Shown: piece by piece, positions 1 through 13,704 of the stretch | How positions within the stretch are numbered: position 1 is the stretch's first letter | Layout: every line of letters begins with the position of its first letter | NCBI GenBank assembly: GCA_951406725.2 | Contig: OX597825.1 | Location: 16,492,001 to 16,556,000, forward strand | Reading direction: 5' to 3' | Length of the DNA: 64,000 bases | Source of the DNA: Octopus vulgaris | Lineage: Eukaryota | The notes under the pieces: generated by a model | What the model was told of the DNA's origin: nothing | What the model saw: the letters and a program-made list of their open reading frames with translations, nothing else | Database searches by the model: none | Made by a program: the position numbers and the translations under genes

Positions 1-281
1 ATACATACATACATACATACATATATACATACATACATACATACTTACATATATACATACATATATACATAATACATATTTATATATATTTGTGTGTATG
101 TATATATATATCCATACATATACATATTTATATATACATATATTTACAAATATATATATATATATATACATGCAAACATACATACACATACATACACACA
201 CACATATATACGTGTATATATCTATATATTTGTATATGTATATATCCATATACACATACATATATACATATATATATAGAG

Positions 282-314
<33 letters not shown>

Positions 315-376
315 AATGAAATGCATTATATATATATATGTATATATACGGATATTATGAAAATATATATGATATA

Positions 377-416
<40 letters not shown>

Positions 417-548
417 CGATTCATACCCATAAAATTATGTCGTTTCACATACACACACACACAATACCTAGAAACATATAGAATTCAAACCTATACATGT
501 ACATACGCAGAGGTAGGTATGTGTGTATGTGTGTATATGTACGTATGC

Positions 549-597
<49 letters not shown>

Positions 598-790
598 TAT
601 ATACATATATATATCTATATACACACACGGGTATATATGTATTTGTGTGTATGCGTGAATGCATATACAAAATCACACACACACACACACACATACACAC
701 ACACATATATGTATATATACATACATGCATATATGTATATATACATACATACACACACACACGCATATGTACACATACCTATACTTATAC
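1..790. repeat. Compound (TA)n/(TACA)n/(CA)n microsatellite
   Basis: Direct inspection; explains the YI/HT/VC-rich ORFs. Confidence 0.95.
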
Positions 791-1399
791 GTAGTGTTTT
801 GTATTGAATGGCGTACTCTGATGCATAGCTTTGATGTTATGAGTCAAAACAGCAATAATATACCCAATATTATTGTCAATATACTTTCCACGCTTTTCTT
901 TAGATTAGATCTGGTGACTATAGCTTTTCGATTTATTATCAATAAACAATCAGTTCAAAGAAGTTACAGCCAACGGGTCTAAACAGAAGTGTTAGATTGA
1001 CTATTGAATTCGGCAAAAAAAAATAAAGAAAAAAAATAATACTATTAAAATTATATAAATAGATATAAAATGAAACCGAATAAATATCGCCAAAATAAAT
1101 AAATAAAGAGATAAATAAATAGATAAATAAAACAAACACAAAGATCACGTAAATAAACATATAAGCCAAAAGAAATTGGAACTACTGGTGGTTTTAGAAT
1201 TGTCACGTCCTATCTAATGTTATAGTTAAAGTAGAATAAATTAGCGACTAGTATTTGTCAGACATACTGTTTTCTAATGGCGTCAGCAGGAATATACAAG
1301 AGCCGTAGAATGCATGGTACCGGCCCGGACGGACTGCGTCAAAATTGCAAAAAAAAAAAATAAAAAAAAAAAAAACATAAAGAATCAGCGTTCGATTCC

Positions 1400-1487
1400 G
1401 AGTTAAAACATTTATTTCAAAATGCCTGACACCTGTTGCGATAAAACTTAAAAGGAACTGGTGAAGAATTAGAATGAAATGAACTGA
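1400..1487 (-). repeat. Left arm of ~87-bp inverted repeat pairing with 3001-3087
   Basis: gttaaaacatttatttcaaaatgcctgacacctgttgc...gaaatgaact is the reverse complement of agttcatttcattc...gtgtcaggcattttgaaataaatgtcttaac with few mismatches. Confidence 0.9.
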
Positions 1488-1519
1488 TACACACTCACAC
1501 ACATACACAAACATACGTG

Positions 1520-1724
1520 TGACCATGTGTATACCGTTGGCGATTATTTTTTTTCCTCTGTCTTCCCTTCTTTGGATCTTTCCTTCTCCTATGTTTCGAC
1601 GAAGAGCTCCGCTCGAAACGTTAAACCCTCTTTCTTTCCCTCTTTCCTGAGCGTCCAATAATACTATATTTGTTCCACGTCCTCGCGTTGTTGTGTTTTT
1701 TTGTGCTTTCTTGTTTGGATTAAC

Positions 1725-1726
<2 letters not shown>
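1520..1726 (+). mobile_element. Short non-coding interspersed element (putative Penelope-like pLTR derivative) with minimal hammerhead-like motif at 1593-1626
   Basis: Second copy at 40307-40486 (-); contains gtttCGACGAA-GAGCtccGCTC-GAAACGTT-aaac; ends in (TA)n. Confidence 0.7.
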
Positions 1727-1763
<37 letters not shown>

Positions 1764-1794
1764 ATGTACGTATGTATGTATGTATGTATGTATG

Positions 1795-1828
<34 letters not shown>

Positions 1829-1949
1829 ATGTATATATATATATTATGTATCTATTCCGAAGCTTATTGGTAGAGAGAGGGAGAGAGAGAGAGAGGAAGA
1901 GGGAGAGTGAAAGAGAGAGTATGTGTATGTATCGCATGAATATGCGAGT

Positions 1950-2199
1950 GAATGGTGTCCAGTGTCTCGTCTTCGGCACTCCACGAACACCTGGCATTCA
2001 CTGTGACTGATTCCACTTGGATGTGCAGGCATTTAAAACGGAGCGATATAAATCCTTATGCATTTCTTTGTCCTCTTTCTTTCCTTTTACGATCCCTTTT
2101 GATCGAAAACCAACCCCCTCTTTTTTACCCCCAAAAGAAAAGCTCTACTTTGTAATTTGTTCTGTCTGTGTGCAGCCCTGTGTGGCTAATAAAGAAACA

Positions 2200-2200
<1 letters not shown>
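1950..2200 (+). mobile_element. LINE 3-prime remnant(s) with a 3-prime tail resembling SINE family A
   Basis: Degenerate STNTWHSL / LDVQAFKTE (CR1/Jockey-type RT C-terminus-like); tail tctgtgtgcagccctgtgtggctaataaagaaa resembles SINE A tail tctgtgtttagccccttgtgggcaataaagaaa. Confidence 0.45.
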
Positions 2201-2283
<83 letters not shown>

Positions 2284-2674
2284 CATCTATCTATCTATTT
2301 ATCTATATATCTCTCTATCTCTCTATCTATCATTCTAAGAAACTCGTCTGCACTATTTTCTTATTTTACTCATCTCTCTCTTCCTTTATCCCTGTACATA
2401 TCAGTATGATATAAATGTTAATATGTACTCATACATGTATATATATATATATATACATATATATTTCTAAGAAAAAAAAACACTTACAATACATACTTAT
2501 TTTTTAATCAAAATATTTAATAAAAGTTACGATAAATGTATTAGCTATGATAAATGTATTATGATTAATGACACTGAATATATAAAAAAAATGAGGCTAA
2601 ATAATTTTTTTGTGCTAATAATTTTAATGAATTAAGTATTATAGCATTCATGTGATACTTACTTTCGCCTTCCC

Positions 2675-2758
<84 letters not shown>

Positions 2759-2803
2759 GTATATATATATGTATATATATTACATACATACATATATATA
2801 TAT

Positions 2804-2842
<39 letters not shown>

Positions 2843-2895
2843 CTGAAACAAGAAAAATTAAAACAAGTAAGAAAGAAAAAATATGAAAATAAAAA

Positions 2896-2926
<31 letters not shown>

Positions 2927-2942
2927 CATACAAATATGTATG

Positions 2943-2987
<45 letters not shown>

Positions 2988-3000
2988 GTATGTGTGTGTA

Positions 3001-3087
3001 TTAGTTCATTTCATTCTAATACTGCGCCAGTTCCTTTTAAGTTTTATTGCAACAGGTGTCAGGCATTTTGAAATAAATGTCTTAACT
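3001..3087 (+). repeat. Right arm of inverted repeat pairing with 1400-1487
   Basis: Reverse-complement match seen directly. Confidence 0.9.
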
Positions 3088-3651
3088 GTAATATATTTGC
3101 GCATATTTTCTCATCCTTCTGTTTAACACGCATGGGCCTTCAGATACAAAATGTTTTCGAAACAACAGGGTCGAAAGTGTTTCCCCTGGGTAAATTTGTT
3201 ATCGTTTTGATCGTATCCCGATATTTTCTTGAATCATGAATAACTCCTATGAGCTCTACGTGATTGTGGGGATCAGTCTTAAATTTCGGTTTTATAGTGT
3301 TAATAGATAATTATTTACCTGAAGGTGAAGTTAGAGATCGGTATCTCGAATGAAATTGCTGGATGATTTGAGAGCCATACTCGAAAACTTGGTCAATGAA
3401 ACGAATGATCTCTTTTAAATTTTTTCTTATGAAATACTCAACGAAGCACCACCATTTTCCTGCCCAATTCCATAGCTATTTAAATATTTCAAGTCCACGT
3501 CGCTTTGTATCCCAGGTAAATATATCTACCCCTTAATGGAATAAGTCCTTTGACAAAAGAAATAATTCGAATTGTGGTTATCAGGTGTGTTTACGATTGC
3601 GTCCTTCTGTTTTTTAAGGCACTCGACTGCAATGTGAGAATATTTAGCTTG

Positions 3652-4423
3652 TATTTCTTATTTGTTTACTGCCTACAAGGGGCTAAACATAGAGGGGACA
3701 AATAAGGACAGACAAACGGATTATGTCGATTATATCGACCCCAGTGTGTAAGTGTTACTTATTTAATCGACCCCGAAAGGATGAAAGGCAATTTGAACTA
3801 AGACCGTAGCGGCAGACGAAAGATCTATTTCTTTACTACCCACAAGGGGCTACACACAGAGAGGAGAAACAAGGACAGACAAAGGGATTAAGTCGATTAT
3901 ATCGACCCCAATGCGTAACTGGTACTTATTTAATTGACCCCGAAAGATGAAACGCAAAGTCGACTTCGGCGGAATTTGAACTCAGAACGTAGCGGCAGAC
4001 GAAATACCTATTTCTTTACTACCCACAAGGGGCTAAACACAGAGAGGACAAACAAGGACAGAGAAAAGGATTAAATCGATTATATCGACCCCAGTGCGTA
4101 ACTGGTACTTATTTAGTCGATCCCGAAAGGATGAAAGGCAAAGTCGACCTCGGCGGAATTGGAACTCAGAACGTAGCGGCAGACGAAATACCTATTTCTT
4201 TACTACCCACAAGGGGCTAAACACAGAGAGGACAAACAAGGACAGACAAACGGATTAAATCGATTATATCGACTCCAGTGCGTAACTGGTACTTAATTTA
4301 TCGACCCCGAAAGGATGAAAGGCAAAGTCGACCTCGGCGGAATTTGAACTCAGAATGTAACGGCGGACGAACTACCGCAAATCATTTCGCCCGGCGCGCT
4401 AACGCTTCTCCTAGCTCGCCGCC
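3652..4423 (-). mobile_element. tRNA-derived SINE family A, head-to-tail tetramer (one full unit plus three 5-prime-truncated units)
   Basis: Head GGCGGCGAGCT.. at 4423, B-box GAGTTCAAATTCC; unit boundaries (tattt) at 3659, 3826, 4009, 4193, periods 167/183/184 bp. Confidence 0.9.
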
Positions 4424-4929
4424 TTCTATCTCTTGTAGATTAAACTATTGCGTAAGTACTCTCTTGTTGGCTTGACTCTTAATTAGTTAGTCGAGCATGT
4501 TTTAAAAGAGCTTACATAGAGAAAGCTAATGTCGACAGAATTGACAGATGTTTCATTATCTTGATGTTACATTAATTAAAACTGAAACTACAACCACTCT
4601 ACTAATTAAAAATACGCATCTCAGACCATCACATTTCCAAGAAATATTAGTCATAATCACAATGGCCATTAATGAACTTTCCTGTACACCAGTTATTACA
4701 TAAATCTCTTTACACAACCAATGGCTATCAGCTTCATAATTTAGCATATAAAAATTGCTCTTCCATACGTGTGGAAAGGTTCTGACAATCAAGAAATGCT
4801 AATGTAATTAGAATGAAATACCGACCAATGAACCCATGACCGCACACCGCCACATATGCAATTTCTAAAGCCATCCTAAATGAATGTCTTAATTTTTTGG
4901 TGGGGATGAACTGTTCTCTTTGTTACTAT

Positions 4930-5250
4930 TATCTTCATTGACTTTCTTACTCCGATCTTGTTCTTTGATAAACTAGACTATAAATGAAAACTGACCCCAT
5001 AAAAAAACCAAAATAGCAGAAAAATCAGTGACAGGCAGTGTCTTCTTGAAAAACATTTCAGTTACAACTAAGATGTTGTTGGTACAACATGTTCTTTGTC
5101 TATCTCCTTAACTTCTTGGAAATTTTTGGTAAAATTATACTAATGTGTCCTTCTGTTCTAATTTAATTAAATTCTACGTCTTTGTGCAGCTGAAGATTGC
5201 TCTACATTTTAAATTGATGTAATGAAATGATTACATTGTTCAATTAAATG
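4930..5250 (-). pseudogene. Degenerate LINE (RTE-like) APE endonuclease fragment
   Basis: Minus-strand CCTNNILVVTEMFFKKT resembles the F/C..N.L.ITNT.F motif of LINE endonucleases. Confidence 0.4.
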
Positions 5251-5307
5251 GAGGTGCATGAAACGATCGTACTGCATTACCTCTGGATATCCTTGTTGCG
5301 TATTTTG

Positions 5308-5359
<52 letters not shown>

Positions 5360-5360
<1 letters not shown>

Positions 5361-5540
5361 TTATGAGTCTTTGTGTCTGTGTTTGTCCCGAACAATTGGA
5401 TTGATAACCAGTGCTGGTGTGTTTACGTCTCCGTAATTTAGAGGTTTGGCAAACGGTCCGCTAGAATAACTACCAGGTTTAAAAAAATTCAAGGTGATGC
5501 TCTAATATGGCCGGAGTCTAATGATTAATCAACTAAAAGA
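5360..5540 (+). mobile_element. SINE family B, degenerate 3-prime half
   Basis: tgtgtctgtgtttgtccc...gctggtgtgtttacgtc...ggtgatgctc matches 14530-14740. Confidence 0.75.
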
Positions 5541-5654
5541 AAAACATATATATATATATTTACACCACACACATAGACACACACATATATATATATATAT
5601 AATATATGTACACACATACACACTACATACAGAGGACATAATACATATACCTCT

Positions 5655-6055
5655 CTTTGTAACCACCTGATTTCGGGTTCGCCCCGTTGTGTTTTCTGTC
5701 TCTTCCACTATTTCCCTTGACCAACCATTGCCTTGTGGGAGAATTTGGTGGAGATAAACTGTGTGGAATCCTCATACACACACACTCACAATACACACAC
5801 ACACATAAACAAACACCCCCCACACACATAAACACGCGCACACACATGTACGTGAGTGTGTCTGAGTCCCATACCACCGCTTGACAACCGGTGTTGTTCT
5901 TTTTATGTCTTCAAAACTAGTGGTTCGGCAAAATAGACGAAGAAATGAGTATAAGATTCCAACAAATTAAGTATTGGGTCGATGTGTTCGGCTAAAACCT
6001 GCAAGGTAGTACCCCAGCATGGCCGCAGTCCAATAAATGACACAAGAAATAAGAA
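5655..6055 (+). mobile_element. SINE family B, old degenerate copy with internal (CA)n
   Basis: gccttgtgggagaatttggt and cgcttgacaaccgg...cagcatggccgcagtc match family B. Confidence 0.65.
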
Positions 6056-6884
6056 TGTACACACACACACATACATATATGTATACACATACACACGCAC
6101 ACATATACATATATATATACATATATATACATAAATATATATATATAAATTTTGAATAATCCTTAACAAGATAATTCATTTATCCATTTCAATAAATATA
6201 TATATATATGTATATATATATGTATATATATATGTATGTATACATGTATGTATATACATACAAACACACACACACATATATATGCATGTATGTATATAAC
6301 ATAACACATTTACTCTCCCGATTTGAGCCATCGAAGAAGATTTTATGTAGAGTCAATCAGCTAGAAACTGCAGCTAAATCTCCCTGAAACCATATTTCAT
6401 TGTCAGTAGCAGTTCTCGCTAGGTTTTGTTTTCCATCTCCAACTAAGAGGTATATTTCATTTCCATTAATTTCTTTTTTTTTGTGTGTGTGTATGTGTGT
6501 ACCTCGTTCAGAAGCTCACCTCTTACTTCAGTTATCGAGAAACACACGTCATAGTCCTAGATACACTGTTCTGAAAACAAAAGAACGTATGATCACAGTT
6601 TAATGCCTTTAATCAAAGTCATGCACCGTGAGTTTCAAACTAGGAATGAATAACACATCTCGTTTCCTTCTGCTATTGAAAGAAAAAAAAATAACGAAAA
6701 ACGAATGGATCAAGTGGTGTACTTAGTCGTGATTAAAATAATTGCATATACCTTCTATTGGTTATCATTGGGGACTCCGTTATAAGTAGTTACCGTTGGA
6801 GAGCAACGTGTAGTAAGAACAAATTTATAATCGTGTCATGCTTAAGAAATTACTCGATTATTTCATAAATTATTGTTCTCTATT

Positions 6885-7100
6885 CTTGGCACAAGGTTCG
6901 AAATGTTTTGGGGAGGGGGGGCCAGTCGATTAAATCGACCACAGTGTGTAGCTGGTATTTAATTTATCGACCCCGAAAGGATGAAAGGCATAGTCGATCT
7001 CGGTGGAATTTCGACACAAAACGTAAAGACAGACGAAATACCTATTTCTTTACTACCTACAAGGGGCTACACACAAAGAGAACAAACAAGGACAGACAAA
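6885..7100 (-). mobile_element. SINE family A partial dimer with the conserved multimer junction
   Basis: gacagacgaaatacctatttctttactacc junction at ~7030-7058. Confidence 0.8.
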
Positions 7101-9692
7101 CTGACCTTTATTGCAGTTCTATTTGCCGGGTTTCAAATTTCCCAACGTATGTATTCCTAGTGCGACCTTGCGTGATATGATATCCACCTGGTCAAAGTTT
7201 ATCACACTTAACTCTAAGAAATTAGTTAAATTCAGTCGTATCCTACATTCCGAATACAACGATGACTACCTATGCGGCAATTTCTAATTGAAGTGTCTTC
7301 TATTGAGACAAAGCTATTCATTCTGAGATAAAAGATAACAATATATCCTCGTGACTAATTTCCTCTTATGTATCGAGTAAATATTAGCCTTGCATAACGG
7401 AGAAATTGATTTGTGAACCAATAGCCCTCTCCTGTTAAAAACACAAGGCAAGTCACAAATAGCAATTTATCTCAAGACGTATTAGCCAATTATATGTCAC
7501 TTTGGTTTGTTCCAACCATTATTTACCTATTTGATTTATTAGTGACTTAAAATGGTATTATCACAGTCGGGTCAGCTTTGTGTTAACCCCGGATCAAATC
7601 ATAAGATTAAACCGAGCAAGTTTTAGTGATAAAATGCTTGATTAATCGATCCTAAATGAAGTCTGAGAGAAATAATAACAACCATCTTTCACTCTTTCTA
7701 TCTGTGTCTCCAATTCTATCTATTTCTCATTCTGAAATTTTATTTATTGATGTTTTAAACAATGAAACGATCAAATATGAATGATTATTTCGTTTAATTT
7801 ATGTATGGCATTAATATATTGAACCTAAATAGGATGACTCATCTTAAGCTACCAGTCATTTAAAACATATCTTTCTTAAACCTAACTTAGGATTTATTGG
7901 TCTGTAAGATTTTGTCAAGAAAATTATACTTGAATATTATTTTGCCTAGTATCAAAGAAAATACCTTAATATTGGTTTCAATGTAGACGTTTCACAGAAT
8001 CGTTAGTTGTCTGGTTTAATCATACTGGCCACGAAATCATGTTATATCTTTATGATCGACTATGTTCCAAGTTCAACACCTGGCTATGTCATAATTCAAT
8101 GATACAAATTCTAAGAGTAAATTTTCCACTCATTCAATCTTTGTGTCTGGCTGAATATAATTGGTTCAAAGTCAGTACCCAAACTGTTCCAGAGTAGAGG
8201 ACAATTAAACTCCAGCAGTAACATTTGTGAGACACTGTTAGCTTGACCTCTTCAGTCACGTATCAAATTGCCATAACATTCGAGTGCAAATAACTCTTAC
8301 TTTTGGAAAGACACGATCTCTGCACGGAACGTAATATAAAGACTCTGTGATCGAGACTTGTCATAACAGACATGAACACAATAGAGCAGAGTAAATCTTA
8401 ATTCATCCTAATCGAGAGAATCTTATAAAAGGATCAATGCTAATGTATCAACGTATATAAAGAAATCTAAGCTGAGACAAGAGTGAAAGAAAAACCCTGA
8501 TAGATTTGATGCGTTATATAATAAAAATGCAGTGTTGCATCGCTTCTTACGTTTCTCCCGTAACAATATGCTTCGACGCTTGTAGACGTATATCAGGGAA
8601 TCCAATTAAGAACTATCATGCATACGACAAATGCGTTAGGTAGTCGGTCGCAAACACACAACACACACACATATACCTATGTGCGCGTGTGTGTATGTGT
8701 ATATGTATATGTATATGCACACACATTCACACACACGCACACACACACATATGTATGTACATATAGTTATATACAAATATATATATACACATGTATACAT
8801 ATGATTATGATATAAGAATATTGGCAAAAACCATCGCGTACAAAAGTATGCCTCTCTATCTCTCCTCTGTATACACGCACAGTCGCACCCACATACACAC
8901 ACACACGCACACACACACACACATACACACATCCTTATAGCTCTCTCTCTCTCTCTCCCTTTCTCTTCCGTGACGATTTTTAATGTACAGTTAAGTATTG
9001 AGAACTGGAATCATGAGGGCTGCTGGACGGACGTCGAATGCACGTGAACTTATCTTTATAAGGTTCAGGTTCGTGTGTCACATAGATAGCTAGAGGCGAT
9101 GGCCTCTTGGATCTAATCAACGGTAGCATTCGTCCTATATTTCTGGACTGCCATATTAGCTAGGCGATATCTATTGATATCCAGTACAGCTGCCGTAGTC
9201 CCCTTTAGAGAGACTCAGAAATTTTGATATTTCTATTACCCTATCTTTATTATTTCTTGTATCAAGAAAATATTTAATTCTCAAATAACGTAACACACTA
9301 AAGAACAAAGGGACATTTGATGCAATTCACTGCTCTTCGCACCAAAAAACGAACCGCACTTAAATATGACAAGACATTTCGTAAGCTACAAATGTATATA
9401 ACTTCAACTGTGGCTGCGATTAAAGCAGAAAAACCCGACTCCCACGCAATTCTTACATAATCAAGCAATAGCAACCATGTCATTTACTTCACTCGATTGG
9501 TCGATCGTCTGACAATCGATGGAGCGGCTCACAGAGGAAATCATATTGGCATATAGGAAATCATATTGAAGAGGATCTAGAACTAGACGAAATGCGTTCG
9601 AGCATTTAGATGTTTAGATATATACCCATGGGTAAATTCAAATGGTTGTTCAAGCTTCTCCCTGTAGAATATAACCGCTACATCGTAGATTT

Positions 9693-10360
<668 letters not shown>

Positions 10361-11207
10361 TAAAAATGAATCAATAAATATTACTTATGATGTATATAAG
10401 CAGCTACATAGTGATAGATAGAAGAGATTTATGGGGTTGAACTGTAAAAGCATCATAATTGTAAAAAATGTCACACACACAATCACAAACATATATATAC
10501 ATAAAGACACACACATACAAATATATATACATACATACATACATACATGCATAAATATATAGCTACCGCCCTAGAAATGAAGGAGACTAAACAGAAAAAA
10601 AAAACCCGAAAGTACCAACGATGTATTAATGCAAGAATATCACAAAGAGCTGCTGTCAAAAAATTTGACATTGAAGAAGAAAAAACAAAATTATTCACAA
10701 CCAGAATAAATATAATAAAAAAACTGCATAACAGCAATAGTTCCATTGTGAAGCTTATGTTAAAGAATATGGAAGTAGATTTATGTTTAGCTTAACGGAT
10801 TAGAGACATGTGGGTTGTTTATGAAGCTGGGTGAATATCGAAACTTCTGAAAGGATGGGGGAAGGGAAAAACACCGGAAAAAAACTAAACGGAAAACAAC
10901 AAAGCACAACTTGCTCTAGTCAGTTAACCTTCTACAGGTAAATGGAACAAAATCAGGAAAGAATAAAAAGCAAAAGCCGAACAGCGTTTATACAAAATAT
11001 ACGTGGATCGGCGTTTTATTGAGTGTGTGTGTGTGTGTGTTTGTGTTTGTGTGTGTGTGTGTGTGTGTGTGAATGCACGGTTTTGCGTAAGTTTGTGAGG
11101 AAAAATGCTTATATAAAGGTGTGTAGTACATGGTTAAATGACTGTGCATATCGGAAAAAACTTTTGACTGTATCTGTCTTTCACACACACAAACACACAC
11201 ACAGACA

Positions 11208-11261
<54 letters not shown>

Positions 11262-11446
11262 TATACACACAGAGGTAAACACACACACACACACACACTC
11301 ATACAGACACTCATTCACGCACTCACTCACTCTCTCTCTCTCCCTATATATATGTGTATATATATATATTTAAAAAAAAAATATTTTTTTTATTTTATCA
11401 AGTTTCAGCTCACGAGCTGTGGCCATGCTGGGGCACCGCCATTTAG

Positions 11447-11480
<34 letters not shown>

Positions 11481-11565
11481 ATATCTGTCTATAGCTATCG
11501 ATCTATCTATCTACCTATATATCTGTCTATTTATCTGTGGCTGTCTTTCTTTCTCTCTCTCTCGG

Positions 11566-11596
<31 letters not shown>

Positions 11597-12505
11597 ATAT
11601 CTACCTATCTACAGTGGTCTTTCCTTCTCTTCTATTCTTCTATATACATCTTGACATTTATAGACATACCTATATACATATACCTGTATATGAATATGTA
11701 TTTATACACATATAGATGTGTCTATTTGCATAAATATATATATTTATATATATGTATATATATGCTATATATGTAAGCAGATGTAAATACATACCCACAT
11801 ACATACATACGCACATACGTAATACATACATACATACACAAACACATAAATACATGCATACATACATTGCCATGCGTACCCTGTAATGCGTACATTCAAA
11901 AATACATGAGCATTCATATATCTACACGCAGTGTTATATCAGACTGCCTGTACACGCACAGAAGCACACATACACTACACACACACACACACATACACAC
12001 ACACGCACACACACACACACATATATATATATATAAAATATAATATAAATACATGTATATTCCTGTATGCATAGGGAATTGAAATGAAAATATAAATAAA
12101 GGGGGCGGAGTTAAATAAACTGGCGATGTCCTTGAATTAAGTCTTTTTTTTTTATTCTGTGAACAACAGATGCAAGAATTAAGAAAGACTGAGGGACAGA
12201 TCCCAAGATTTAATACGATTTCTTGACAGCTATGCAAGCAGCAAAGGGAGATAAAGCACCCAAAAGACAATTTAGCGAATAAAAATTTCATGTGAAGCTA
12301 AAAAAACGGAAAGATATATGAAAATATAAATTATAAGGAAAAAATGCCAATGAAAGACAAAAGGAAATAGTAACCACGTAAGTTAAAAGCTTTATGCATG
12401 TGTATGTGTGCATGCATGTGTGTATGTGTGGGTGTATGTGTGGGTGTATGTGTGAGTGAGTAATATTGGTTTCCTCACGTGTGTTTGTGTGCATATATAT
12501 AAATT

Positions 12506-12553
<48 letters not shown>

Positions 12554-12595
12554 TGTATACAAATATAAATATAAATATATATATAAATATTGATA

Positions 12596-12634
<39 letters not shown>

Positions 12635-12676
12635 TTGCATGTATATATAAAAATGCATACAATACATACATTGATA

Positions 12677-12737
<61 letters not shown>

Positions 12738-13149
12738 AGATATATGTTTATATATATATGTATATATATGTATATATATATATATGTATATATATGTATA
12801 TATATATATATATATATACATATACACACATTCAATGCATTAAAATTTTAGACAGCCATAGAGTTATATATATATAAATATACACACACACACACAATTA
12901 CATAATGCATGCGTATATGCTTACACATGCACATACATTTATGATTACATACATACACTTGTGCAATACGAAACGTAATTCAATAAAAGCCGTAAAGTGG
13001 AAAAAAAAATTAAAAATTGAAGTTACGGAAAAGAAAATTCTGTAACAGTTAACCGTTGTGTATAGTTTGCGAACGAATGAGATGGGGAATAAATCAGTTC
13101 GTATGTAGTAAGAAGAGTCTTCTGAACTAATAACAGATCACGGAATATC

Positions 13150-13404
13150 ATTCGGTGCATACCCAGTTAATATGGAGAATACTTACAACCATTGGAATAA
13201 GACGAAAAAAGCAAAAGAATGTTATGCGCAAGATGGGAAAGGCGACAGAAAGAGCTTCTTGTTGGTTGAGGAGCAAGAGAGATGAGCTAAGTGGTTGAAA
13301 AGCGATTTGGGCACCTTTGCTGATCAGCCAACGTGAAAGTGATACGGTTGAAGTTCGAAGCACACTATAATCGCTGGATACCGTATGATGACATAAATTC
13401 TTCC
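13150..13404 (+). mobile_element. 3-prime end of an RLE-type (HERO/NeSL-like) non-LTR retrotransposon
   Basis: Translation IWRILTTIGIRRKKQKNVMRKMGKATERASCWLRSKRDELSG* matches the ..AERAS.WLW.. C-terminus of HERO-like ORFs; interrupted by the SINE at 13409. Confidence 0.7.
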
Positions 13405-13408
13405 TGGT

Positions 13409-13704
13409 TCCTTCTCGAGCCATGCCTGGCTCATAAGAGCCGGTTTCCTGGTTTCTTTGGCGTATACGTTCCCCACCTGGATGGGACGCCGGTCCGTCGC
13501 AGGTGAGCTGCAAGATGCAGGAGGAAAGAGCGAGAAAAAGTTGTGGCGAAAGAGTCAGCAGAAGTTCGTCATTACTTTCTGTCGGAGCCGCGTGGAGCTT
13601 AGGTGTTTCGTTCATAAACACACACCTCACCCGGTCTGAGATTCGAACCCGCTATACCTCGACCGTGAGTCCGCTGCTCTAACCACTAGGCCATGTGCCT
13701 CCAC
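13409..13704 (-). mobile_element. tRNA-derived SINE family C with ~14-bp TSD
   Basis: A-box TGGCCTAGTGG, B-box GGTTCGAATCT; flanked by aaattcttc(c/t)tggt at ~13395 and ~13705. Confidence 0.9.

Noticed and set aside
90-794. 234-aa ORF and all similar YI/HT/VC-rich ORFs across the window
   Set aside because: Translations of dinucleotide microsatellites, which lack stop codons by construction
3652-4423. CRISPR-like array
   Set aside because: Units repeat along their full length with no unique spacers; eukaryotic SINE sequence; no cas genes
7900-8330. RTE reverse-transcriptase C-terminal remnant
   Set aside because: Only a weak ELFALECY similarity; too degraded to support
13345-13400. Permuted hammerhead in the HERO-like 3-prime UTR (cGAAGc...aTGATGAc)
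   Set aside because: Both core segments are mutated and the stems cannot be drawn convincingly
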